A model generated the notes under the pieces. It was not told the DNA's origin. It did no database searches and worked only from the letters and a program-made list of their open reading frames with translations. This document shows, piece after piece, positions 10,331 to 18,917 of a DNA stretch of 64,000 nucleotides. Made by a program: the position numbers and the translations under genes. This DNA is from Myxococcota bacterium. GTDB lineage: Bacteria > Myxococcota_A > UBA796 > GCA-2862545. The stretch lies in NCBI GenBank assembly GCA_039208735.1, contig JBCCQY010000002.1, positions 1-64,000 of the forward strand, in the 5' to 3' direction. Position 1 is the first letter of the stretch; the number at the start of each line of letters is the position of its first letter.

Positions 10331-11080
10331 ATGCCTGAAGCCCCTGCCCTTCTGCTTTACGACCATCGCAGCTCGATCTGCTCGCAGATGGCTCGCCTGG
10401 CACTCGTCGAAAAGGGGCTTCCGTTCGAACGACGATCCATCGACATCATGGACCAGCAAGAACAGTTCGAGGCCTGGTACGTCGCCCTAAACCCCCGCGC
10501 CGTGGTGCCCACCTTGCAGGTGGGGCCCGACGAGATCGTGACCGATACGATCCGCATTGTGACGCGGCTCCATACATTTGAGGGCCCCAACATTGCGGGC
10601 GACCCCCAGACCCCCGACTGGCTGCGCGACATCATGGCCCTTCACTATGGCGTGCTGCTCTACCGCAAGCGGCTCGAACCCGATGGGACGGCGCCTCAGA
10701 TCGTCGCGCGAGGCCACCATCTGGTCGCATTGAAGGCCAAACGTCCCGACCTTGAAGGGTTGCTCACCGACCGTCTCGAACGCAATGCCCGATTTCAGCG
10801 CCTGTTGCGTGACCCGGACGCCGTACAGACCCACCTCGACGCGACGCGGGCCCTCGTCGACCGCATGGCCACGCGAGTGTCGGAGGTCCCGTACCTGGGC
10901 GGTGCCACCTGGTCGGTGGCCGACGCATTCGGTACCGCAGCCCTCGCGCGGTTCACCCTTCATGGGTTCGCGGAGTGGTGGGCCGACACGGCGTTGGCCG
11001 ACTACTACGCGCGAATGAAGGCTCGACCGAGCTTCACCACCGCAGAAGTCGTCGACGAAGGGACCGAGCGCGATCTGTAG
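10331..11080 (+). CDS. Glutathione S-transferase family protein
   Basis: SICSQMARLALVEKG, LNPRAVVPTL, YLGG..WSVAD, YYARMKARPSF. Confidence 0.88.
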   Translation: MPEAPALLLYDHRSSICSQMARLALVEKGLPFERRSIDIMDQQEQFEAWYVALNPRAVVPTLQVGPDEIVTDTIRIVTRLHTFEGPNIAGDPQTPDWLRDIMALHYGVLLYRKRLEPDGTAPQIVARGHHLVALKAKRPDLEGLLTDRLERNARFQRLLRDPDAVQTHLDATRALVDRMATRVSEVPYLGGATWSVADAFGTAALARFTLHGFAEWWADTALADYYARMKARPSFTTAEVVDEGTERDL

Positions 11081-11083
11081 CCC

Positions 11084-12580
11084 TCACTCCACCCGCACCG
11101 TGCGCAGGCCGTCTTGTCCTTCGAGCGTCACCTGAAACGGAGGTTCGAGGTCTCGAGCGTCGAAGACGTCCCAGTTCGCCACGGGATCCCCATCGATCGC
11201 CACCACACGATCTGCCGACCGCAAACCCGCGTTGGCCGCCGGCCCATCCGCCTCGACGTCCATGATGCGCAGCACGTCTCCGGTGTCGAACAGCGACCAA
11301 CCCGCGGGCGGCAAATCAGGCAGTACCAGCAGGATGTCGGTGGGCGTCTCGAGACTCGGGCGAACCTCCACCACGTTCGACTGGTACGAGTCGTTGCCAA
11401 ACTCTCGGTACGCCACGAAGGGGCAGGTGGTCATCGTGGTTTCATCAAACGGCAACTCGAGGTAGAAATAGCCTTGCAAATCGACACGGGGGGCGAGGTG
11501 CATGCCGCACTTTGCCACGACGAACGTATCATCTAGACCAATGGGCCCCTCCACCTGTCCCCGAACGATGGCATTCGGCAACGGTACCAATTCAATGAAC
11601 CGGAGGCAGGCTCCCTCGCCCCAAGCGATGGGCACCGGTTCGTGGCGGTGGGTGCGCAACCAACCCAACCCCAGCGGATGCCGAGGTCGAAACGAGATCC
11701 AGAAGTCCTGGGAGTAGACGACGACAGGACCGATGACCGCTTCGGTGTTGGGATCGAGTTCGAGCAACTCCATCCCACGCACGGGCTCCGAAAGTTCGCA
11801 TTCGACATCGAGAAACGGGACGCGGTCTGCGCGAAGGGCTTCCTCCCACTCATCGAAGGACGCGGGCGTTGCATCGGGGGCCTTGACGACCAGATCGAGA
11901 GGAACATCGGGGGTCGAGGGTCGGCTTTCCCCACGTTCCGGCCACAACACGAACGCCGCCCCTACGGCAAGCAACATGACGACTCCGACCCCACCCAGGA
12001 CCGGAAGCGGATTCGCACGTGCGACGGTCGCCCGCAGCGCGAGCACCGCCACCGCCACCGCACTGGCTCGGCGCAGCGGCCGTGCCCAGGTACGCAGCTC
12101 CGCTTCGTAGGCCCCCCGCAGGGCCTCCCGGGCCCGCGACAGCCGCTTGCGGGTCGCGGAGTCCGAAAGCCCCAGTTCTTGGGCGACCACGCGTGACGGA
12201 ACCTCGTCCAAGTGAAAGCGAATCAAGATCTCGCGGTCCGGCTCGGACAATCGGGCCAGGGCCTCAGCCATGGCAACGTGCGTCGGTGCCTCACTGCGAC
12301 GGGATTGGGCGGGCGGCACCGCGACGGCATCGTGGAGCCGCTCTTCACGCTTTCGTCGACGTCGAATGTCGATCGCTCGATGCCGAGCCACCTGACGAAG
12401 CCAGGCGCCAACGCGCGAAGCTTCGATGGTCCCACCGCGCCGCCACAAGGTGACAAAGACGTCTTGGAGCGCCTCATCTGCAAGCCCCGGATCCTCGAGA
12501 ATCGCCAGACAGAGCGCCCACACCTGGGCATGGTGCTGCTCGACGAGCGAGGTGAACGAAGATTCAGCGAAGCGGTGCAC
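11084..12580 (-). CDS. ECF sigma factor fused to a TM helix, a Cys-containing extracytoplasmic region and a C-terminal PDZ domain
   Basis: sigma2 (ADEALQDVF..WLRQVARHRAID), sigma4 (LARLSEPDREIL..RKRLSRAREALR), TM LPVLGGVGVVMLLAVGAAFVLW, PDZ (DVEADGPAANAGLRSADRVVAIDG). AAGGAGG SD before the GTG at 12580. Confidence 0.85.
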   Translation of the reverse strand: MHRFAESSFTSLVEQHHAQVWALCLAILEDPGLADEALQDVFVTLWRRGGTIEASRVGAWLRQVARHRAIDIRRRRKREERLHDAVAVPPAQSRRSEAPTHVAMAEALARLSEPDREILIRFHLDEVPSRVVAQELGLSDSATRKRLSRAREALRGAYEAELRTWARPLRRASAVAVAVLALRATVARANPLPVLGGVGVVMLLAVGAAFVLWPERGESRPSTPDVPLDLVVKAPDATPASFDEWEEALRADRVPFLDVECELSEPVRGMELLELDPNTEAVIGPVVVYSQDFWISFRPRHPLGLGWLRTHRHEPVPIAWGEGACLRFIELVPLPNAIVRGQVEGPIGLDDTFVVAKCGMHLAPRVDLQGYFYLELPFDETTMTTCPFVAYREFGNDSYQSNVVEVRPSLETPTDILLVLPDLPPAGWSLFDTGDVLRIMDVEADGPAANAGLRSADRVVAIDGDPVANWDVFDARDLEPPFQVTLEGQDGLRTVRVE

Positions 12581-12637
12581 GACACCTCCTTTCAACAAGG
12601 ACGTTCGAGACCCCACCCGATGTGACGCGGTCCGCGT

Positions 12638-13528
12638 TCATGACGGGTCGAGCCGCCGAGCAAACCAGGCTGCGAGATCGTCAAACGCCGCTCGAACCCG
12701 GGGATTGCGGTGCAAATCCGGATGGGCCACCAGCCACACGTCCTGGGCGGTAGGAATCGCCCCGGGCATGATTTCGACGAGTTCGGGGCAGGCTTGTCCC
12801 ACGATCTGGCTGAACGACCCAATCCCGAGTCCCGCGCGACACGCTGCAACCTGCATCGACACGTCGTCGCTGCGGACGACGAAGTGGTCTCGGGTCAACG
12901 GCTCTCCCATGGCCGCAGAAACTTCAAGAATCGTGGTTCTTTGGTCATATCCGATGAGGGCGTGTTGGCTCAAGGCGTACAGCGAGTCCGGAACGCCGTG
13001 GGTGTCGAGGTAGCCCCGCGTGGCGAAAAATCCGATGGCGACAGATCCACACCGCTTGGCGCGCAGATCCAGCTGGGACGGCCTGAATTGCCGAACCGCA
13101 ATCTCGGCCTCCCGGGTCAGCAGGTCCACCTCCGAATCGTCGAGGACGACGTCGATCGTGATCTGAGGATGTCGATCGCGAAAGTCTTGGATCCATTGGG
13201 GGATGAAGTAGACCCCAAACAACCGCCCCGATGTGACACGAACACTGCCTTCAAGGGCATCATCGAGTCCGGACGCCTGCCGTACGAAGCCGTCCACCGA
13301 CGACTTGACGCCCAACGCCGACTCGTAGAGCTCCGAGCCGCGGGGCGACAGCACCAGTCCGCGTCCGGTCCGGTCGAACAACGAGACCCCGAGCTGCTCC
13401 TCGAGCCGCTGGATGTGCCGCGAAAGGGTGGGCTGCGACAGCCCGATGCGCCGCGACGCATCACGTAGGGAACCCGATTCGGACACCGCAACAAAGCTGC
13501 GGAGCCACCCCCAATCAATTTCGCTCAT
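12638..13528 (-). CDS. LysR family transcriptional regulator
   Basis: GSLRDASRRIGLSQPTLSRHIQRLEEQLGVSLFDR HTH plus a substrate-binding domain. Confidence 0.95.
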   Translation of the reverse strand: MSEIDWGWLRSFVAVSESGSLRDASRRIGLSQPTLSRHIQRLEEQLGVSLFDRTGRGLVLSPRGSELYESALGVKSSVDGFVRQASGLDDALEGSVRVTSGRLFGVYFIPQWIQDFRDRHPQITIDVVLDDSEVDLLTREAEIAVRQFRPSQLDLRAKRCGSVAIGFFATRGYLDTHGVPDSLYALSQHALIGYDQRTTILEVSAAMGEPLTRDHFVVRSDDVSMQVAACRAGLGIGSFSQIVGQACPELVEIMPGAIPTAQDVWLVAHPDLHRNPRVRAAFDDLAAWFARRLDPS

Positions 13529-13542
13529 GAATCACATCGATG
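13526..13542. promoter_or_regulatory. Candidate LysR T-N11-A site
   Basis: CAT-N11-ATG (CATGAATCACATCGATG) overlapping the LysR start codon in the divergent gap. Confidence 0.4.
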
Positions 13543-13618
13543 CAGTTTTGGTGGATTTCCATTCATCAACGCAAGCATACAAGACGAGCGTTGGCAACCC
13601 CGACGCCCTGGAGGAGCG

Positions 13619-14170
13619 ATGTTCAACTCAAAGCTTTCTTTCTTTGTTTTTGCGCTACTGGCGGCGTGCGAAACGACCGAACCGATCGATTCGACGGAGC
13701 CGGTTGATCCGGCGGAAATGCCCGTGGATGCAGATCCGTGCAAGGCCACCGAGCTGGCCGGGGACTTTGGGCTCTTCGACGAGGCGAACGGTCCCTCGAC
13801 GTGGGATGTGCCGAGCGACGCCATCGTGGCGTCCACGTACCTCCGCCTGAACCCCGACAACCTCGACGTGTTCGACACGTACTCGGGACCGGTGATCGGT
13901 GACCTGCTGTCGGGACGCGCGGGGCTGCTCTACCTGGCGACCGGGCAGTCGATGGAGTGCGGCGTGGCCCGCACCCTCACCGTCTGGGAAAGCGAAGAAG
14001 CGATGATGGACTTCGTGGTTGGTAAAGCGCACATCGCGGCCATTGGCGTCACCGATCAAGTATCGCGCGGCGGTTCGATCACCGACATGTGGGTGGCCTC
14101 GGAGCTGCCCTCGGTCGACTTCGCAGGAGTGGCCGAGGCCTTCGCTGACCACGACGGTCCGGTCTACTGA
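13619..14170 (+). CDS. Lipoprotein with dimeric alpha/beta-barrel (DUF3291/antibiotic monooxygenase-like) domain
   Basis: LAAC lipobox and RTLTVWESEEAMMDFV..AH motif. Confidence 0.65.
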   Translation: MFNSKLSFFVFALLAACETTEPIDSTEPVDPAEMPVDADPCKATELAGDFGLFDEANGPSTWDVPSDAIVASTYLRLNPDNLDVFDTYSGPVIGDLLSGRAGLLYLATGQSMECGVARTLTVWESEEAMMDFVVGKAHIAAIGVTDQVSRGGSITDMWVASELPSVDFAGVAEAFADHDGPVY

Positions 14171-14670
14171 TCGAGTAAGCCCGGCCCCACCTGCAAATCG
14201 TGGTCCCCCATCGCATCGCCGTCGAAGATGAAGCGCCCGCGGGCGTGCTGGCCAGCGAGCACTTGGGGCACCCACAACCGATTGTCCTCCCACATGCGGT
14301 CAAGGGGGATGTCATCCGGCGAAACCCAGAACGGCAGAGCCTCATCCGTCTCGAGGAGACGACCGGACACGTCCTGCGTCACGAACGCGTGCAGATGCAA
14401 GGCCAGGCCATCGGTGAATTGGTAGCGGCACTCGGCGCGCCGGTCGAGCGGGCCTTCAACGGTGAGCCCCACTTCTTCTTGGAGTTCGCGGGCCGCCGCC
14501 TCAGCGAGGGACTCACCCGGCTCAACCCGGCCACCTGGCGCGTTGACCTTGCCCCGACCAAGCCCGCGTTTCTTCTCGATCAGGAGCAACCGAGAGGCCT
14601 GGACCACGTAGACGATGGTGACCAGGTCATCGGCCACCCACTGGGCCCAATCGACATCTGCAAGGCGCAT
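14164..14670 (-). CDS. NUDIX hydrolase, MTH1-like 8-oxo-dGTP diphosphatase
   Basis: KKRGLGRGKVNAPGG, Nudix box GESLAEAAARELQEEVG, IPLDRMWEDN. Confidence 0.9.
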   Translation of the reverse strand: MRLADVDWAQWVADDLVTIVYVVQASRLLLIEKKRGLGRGKVNAPGGRVEPGESLAEAAARELQEEVGLTVEGPLDRRAECRYQFTDGLALHLHAFVTQDVSGRLLETDEALPFWVSPDDIPLDRMWEDNRLWVPQVLAGQHARGRFIFDGDAMGDHDLQVGPGLLDQ

Positions 14671-14678
14671 GGGGCTGC

Positions 14679-15557
14679 TTAAGCGAACCAGTCCACGATG
14701 GCCCGAACCAGGGTCTCGAGGTCGGCTCGGTCGTTGTCATCCTCGCGAACCACCACACGCCATCGCCGCACCGCTTCTTCCTTCCCAAACCGCCTGACCA
14801 CCACCGGGTACCGCGCATCCGCGCCTCGAGCCGCAAGGCCCGGCATGATGGCCACTCCGTAGCCATGGGCCACGAGCTGGAGCATGGTGTCGGTCAACGG
14901 CAGCCGCATCGAGCGCGAAGGGGGCGTATCGCCAAAGAGCAGGGCCCCTACCTCACGGAGGTGGGCCGAGGGCACATCGTGGACGAGCACGGTCCCGTCA
15001 ACCAAATCCGCCGCACTCACCGTATCGCCCGCGGCGGCGGGATGGTCCTTTGGCAGCACCGCCACGAACGGGTCGACGAGCAGTGGATGTCCGACCAATC
15101 CGGGTCCCGGAGCACTGTGGCACAGCGCCAGATCGACGTGCCGGTGGCGCAGTGCCTCGATGGGATCGCGCGAGTGGTTGACGCGGATGTCGATGCGCGC
15201 GTTCGGGTGTTCCATCTCGAAATGGGCCAACACCGGTGCAAGCCAGTCGTAGGCCGTGTGGCATTGCGTACACACTGCAAGTCGGGTCTCTCCGCGAAGC
15301 GCTTCTTCCAAGGCCGAAAGCTGGCGGAGTACGGCTCGGCCTCGCCGGACGAGGACCTCTCCCTGTTGCGTGAGCGTCACCCCACGCCCGGTGCGACGCA
15401 CCAACGTGGCTCCTAAGCGCTCCTGAAGTCGTGCCAAGTGATGACTGACCGCGGACTGGGTCAGACCCATGGCCGACGCGGCGCGGGTCACGCCCCCGTG
15501 CTCGTGCAAGGCACACATCAGCCGCAGGTCACGGGTCTCGAGGGCGGGTTCCTTCAT
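14679..15557 (-). CDS. LysR family regulator (MetR-like)
   Basis: TQSAVSHHL HTH and QCHTAYDWL, similar to the MetR-type CH...W segment. Confidence 0.9.
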   Translation of the reverse strand: MKEPALETRDLRLMCALHEHGGVTRAASAMGLTQSAVSHHLARLQERLGATLVRRTGRGVTLTQQGEVLVRRGRAVLRQLSALEEALRGETRLAVCTQCHTAYDWLAPVLAHFEMEHPNARIDIRVNHSRDPIEALRHRHVDLALCHSAPGPGLVGHPLLVDPFVAVLPKDHPAAAGDTVSAADLVDGTVLVHDVPSAHLREVGALLFGDTPPSRSMRLPLTDTMLQLVAHGYGVAIMPGLAARGADARYPVVVRRFGKEEAVRRWRVVVREDDNDRADLETLVRAIVDWFA

Positions 15558-15560
15558 AGA

Positions 15561-15573
15561 TGAATCCGATTGA
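15561..15573. promoter_or_regulatory. Candidate MetR-type/LysR box
   Basis: TGAATCCGATTGA matches TGAA-N5-TTCA with one mismatch. Lies between the LysR gene and the divergent GST. Confidence 0.45.
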
Positions 15574-15640
15574 TGGTTGCATGAAGAATCATCGTTGGTG
15601 TGAATCTATCGGAATCGGCATGCTGGGCGGCGGAGGTCCT

Positions 15641-16294
15641 GTGATCTTGCATTACTCCCCGGGAGCCGTCTCGATGGCGGCTCACATCCTGCTCCGCGAA
15701 CTCGGTCTCGACTTCGAGCTACGCGCCTATCCCACGGGCGACGACGCCCATCTCACCCCGGCGTACCTGGCGTTGAATCCCATGGGTCGGGTTCCCACGC
15801 TCGAAGTGGATGGGCGCACCTTGACCGAGATGCCCGCCATTCTCATCCACCTCGGTCGCGGCACTGCGTGGCTACCGACCGAGGGGTGGGCGCGAGCACG
15901 CTGCGATGAACTGCTCTCCCAGATCGCCTCGCTGGCCCATCCTCCCTACCGCATGGCGATGCGTCCTGACCGCATCCTGGGTCCTTCAGGCGACGAGGCG
16001 GCTCAACGGGCGGTCCGAGAGGCCGGTCGTCGCGAGTTTCTAAGGGTCATCCAGATCATCGACGGCCAACTTCCCGAGACGGGGCCCGCCGTCGGCCTCA
16101 ACCGTTCGGTCGCCGACCCTTACCTGGCCGTGATCTGGCTGTGGGTCCGCTATCTGGGAGAATCGACGCGGCCTTACCCAAGACTCTCGAGAATTGCCGT
16201 CGAGATGCTCCGGCGGCCCGCCGCCCAACACGTCATGGTCGCCGAAGGACTCGTCGACGCAGAGGGCCAACCCACCCCCCCCACGCGGGTCTAG
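15641..16294 (+). CDS. Glutathione S-transferase (beta-class-like)
   Basis: LHYSPGAVSMAAHILLRE, YLALNPMGRVPTL, SVADPYL. GGAGG SD before the GTG at 15641. Confidence 0.9.
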   Translation: MILHYSPGAVSMAAHILLRELGLDFELRAYPTGDDAHLTPAYLALNPMGRVPTLEVDGRTLTEMPAILIHLGRGTAWLPTEGWARARCDELLSQIASLAHPPYRMAMRPDRILGPSGDEAAQRAVREAGRREFLRVIQIIDGQLPETGPAVGLNRSVADPYLAVIWLWVRYLGESTRPYPRLSRIAVEMLRRPAAQHVMVAEGLVDAEGQPTPPTRV

Positions 16295-16824
16295 GCCGGC
16301 TCCGCGCGCCGTTTCCGACGCGGCAACGAGGGCGCAGGGGTCGCCCAGTGGATTTGCCAGAAGGCCCGGGTTCCGCCGTGCCGAAGTAGTGCCTCCTCGG
16401 GCTCATGCCACCGGTAGGTGCCGAACACCCGGTCCCACAGATCGACGGTGATGCCAAAGTTGTGGTGCCACTCAGAGTGGTAGTGGTGCACCGCGTGCGT
16501 GGGCTGCGCCATCCAGAACACCTGCCCAGGACGCTCGTGCTGCAGCTGGTGCGCGTAGGCGGCGAGGGCGGCGTAGGCCAAGGCGCCAAGCGCAAACCCC
16601 ATCCCCGCCGCCGTCGAATGCAAAAACCCCACCCACGCAATCGTGCTGGATGGCAGCGCATAGTCTCGGAACTCTCCGAGCCAGCCTTGCCCCTGGTTGT
16701 GTTGGTGATGGCGAGCGTGATGCCCCCACCGCCAGTTGTGCATGAGTCGATGGCCCCAGTACTCAACGAAGGTGCCCACCAAGATGGCCGCAAAGAAAGC
16801 CAGGAGGCCGACCAGAACCTGCAT
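16291..16824 (-). CDS. Fatty acid hydroxylase/sterol desaturase family protein
   Basis: His boxes HRLMH, HARHH, HQLQH and HAVHH, plus NFGIT..WDRVFGT. Confidence 0.9.
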   Translation of the reverse strand: MQVLVGLLAFFAAILVGTFVEYWGHRLMHNWRWGHHARHHQHNQGQGWLGEFRDYALPSSTIAWVGFLHSTAAGMGFALGALAYAALAAYAHQLQHERPGQVFWMAQPTHAVHHYHSEWHHNFGITVDLWDRVFGTYRWHEPEEALLRHGGTRAFWQIHWATPAPSLPRRKRRAEPA

Positions 16825-16895
16825 TTCCCCTCCCCGAACCAGCTTAGTCCAGGCGATGCAAGGCGGACATGCGAATTCAGCGATCTGGAGCGCCT

Positions 16896-18827
16896 TCATT
16901 GCCCAAGCATGCGTCGACAGGTCATCCGGTCGTCCCCGTCCAGCGAGGGACAGGCCACTTCGAGAATGCGCCGCCCCTCCGCTCGGCGGCCGGCTCTGTA
17001 CAACCGTTGGCCCGCATACGCCCGCAACTGGGGGTGGAGGGCCGGCGTGTCACGCACCAGGCGAACCACGGTGGCCCAGTCGCCTTGTTGGATGGCCGCC
17101 CGCACGCGAACACTTGCCTCGGCCACGAACAGATCGACGTCTTCGGTAGCCTGCACATCAGCTTTCTCGAGCATCGCAAGCCCTTGTGCAGGACGTTGCG
17201 CGTCGACCAGGGCACTCGCGAGACGCACCGCGGAGTAGGCCTCGACCCGATCGAGCAACGCCCGGGCTTGGGTCGCGGTCGCGATGTCGTTGGAAATCGC
17301 CGCGCATTGAAAGGCCGCGTCCGCGTAGGTCGTCGGGTCGGGAACCGCGCCCTTCTGCAGAAACGGGGAGAACACCGTGCAGGCGGTCCGATCCCCGTCG
17401 GACAACCGCTCGGCGGCATGCTGGAGCAGATACGACCAGCTTTGGTACTGGGAAACCATCGGATCGATGGCCCGAACCTCGTCGATCCACGGCCCCATGG
17501 CGTCGAGCTGAAACGGGACGCCAGACGCTTCGGTCATGGTGTCGAGTAGGCCCAGAATCTCTTCGAAAACCTGATCTTCGGGCACACGCTTGCCCGTGAT
17601 CACGAGAAAAACGAGCCGGCGCTCGGTGGCGACCCAGTATTCCCGATAAGGCCCATCACCCGTAGACTCCGAGGTGATGCGAACCGCGAGCGTGACGTCG
17701 GGTCGGTCCAGCTTGATGAGGGAGGCCCGTGGACGACGCTCGAGTCGACCATTGATCTCCTGGTAGTAGCGCATGGGAAGGTTGTCGCGGCGGCTGGTTC
17801 GTGCGGTCTCACGGCGCCGTTCGGCGAGTGTGGCGGCAACCCCTGCTTCCTCGAAGAAGAAGACCGACAGCAGGCTCTGTCGCTTGTTCGTGAATCCCTC
17901 GGCCACGAAACCGCCCCGGGCCCGCGGCATGGCATCGATTCCCCAACGCCCTTCGAAGTACCCCGTCAGCGCCGTCGTGGGCGTCACGGGAAAGGGGCCC
18001 TTGAGTTTAAGCGAACCCGGATTCATCCGCCGTAGCGATTGTTCGAGAGGTTCGCCGCTTCGCCAGGCTGGCGCATGGGTGGGTTCAACCGCGTTCACGA
18101 CGGCCGCCCACGAGGGTGCCGAAGCAATGAGCGCCGACCAGGTGAGGTCTTCGGCCTGCAGCGCGCTCGCCAAACGCTGTCCCCAGCTATAGAGGGCCGG
18201 GGCTCCGTCTGCATCATGGCTCGCCTCGAGTTCGGACGATGAAAGGACACCGAGAAGACGGGCGAGCGCAGGCCCCTCGACTTCGGAACAGTAGGCGCTG
18301 GCGATGGTCTCGGCGTGGCCTTCGCGCAGGGCGAGACTGCCCCGTCGTTGGTCGGCATTCTCCTCGCGGTGCAGCCCGTACTGGTGCTGCAACACATGCA
18401 CCATCTCGTGCACCAGCACACACCGGAGGGCTGCTCGCAGGGCGTCCGAACCCAGCGAGAAGTTCAGCGACAACTGTTCGAGCGGCTCTTTGATGAGGAA
18501 GATCTTCTCGTCTAAACCTGTGTATACGGCCGTCGAGTTCGCGATCAGATGGTCGACCCGGTCGACGACATCCTGGGGTGGTTGATAGGGCCCGCGCTCC
18601 TGCCGGCGCAAGTTTGCCTCGAACGTCATCTCAAGCGGAGCCCGAAGCAAGGTCCGGCGAAGCTGGGCACGGCTTTGGATGCCGACCTTCGGCAACGAGA
18701 TGAACGGCCGCCCCGCCCGACGCTCGACCTCCGCGACCAGAGCATCGGCCATAGACTGAGCTTCTGCAACGTCAATGGCATCGCGACCCCATGCGGTTGC
18801 CACCAACCCCCACCACAACCACCACAT
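16896..18827 (-). CDS. Secreted HEXXH zinc-metallopeptidase-like protein with helical (TPR-like) C-terminus
   Basis: Signal peptide MWWLWWGLVATAWG. VLVHEMVHVLQ followed by LREGHA (candidate third ligand). Confidence 0.65.
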   Translation of the reverse strand: MWWLWWGLVATAWGRDAIDVAEAQSMADALVAEVERRAGRPFISLPKVGIQSRAQLRRTLLRAPLEMTFEANLRRQERGPYQPPQDVVDRVDHLIANSTAVYTGLDEKIFLIKEPLEQLSLNFSLGSDALRAALRCVLVHEMVHVLQHQYGLHREENADQRRGSLALREGHAETIASAYCSEVEGPALARLLGVLSSSELEASHDADGAPALYSWGQRLASALQAEDLTWSALIASAPSWAAVVNAVEPTHAPAWRSGEPLEQSLRRMNPGSLKLKGPFPVTPTTALTGYFEGRWGIDAMPRARGGFVAEGFTNKRQSLLSVFFFEEAGVAATLAERRRETARTSRRDNLPMRYYQEINGRLERRPRASLIKLDRPDVTLAVRITSESTGDGPYREYWVATERRLVFLVITGKRVPEDQVFEEILGLLDTMTEASGVPFQLDAMGPWIDEVRAIDPMVSQYQSWSYLLQHAAERLSDGDRTACTVFSPFLQKGAVPDPTTYADAAFQCAAISNDIATATQARALLDRVEAYSAVRLASALVDAQRPAQGLAMLEKADVQATEDVDLFVAEASVRVRAAIQQGDWATVVRLVRDTPALHPQLRAYAGQRLYRAGRRAEGRRILEVACPSLDGDDRMTCRRMLGQ

Positions 18828-18917
18828 CGTGCCTCCAACCTTGCCCCGACTATGCCTTTTTGGCACACGCAGCCAAGGAGGCTTCGCGGTACGATGCGGA
18901 CCGCTTGGAGGACCGGC

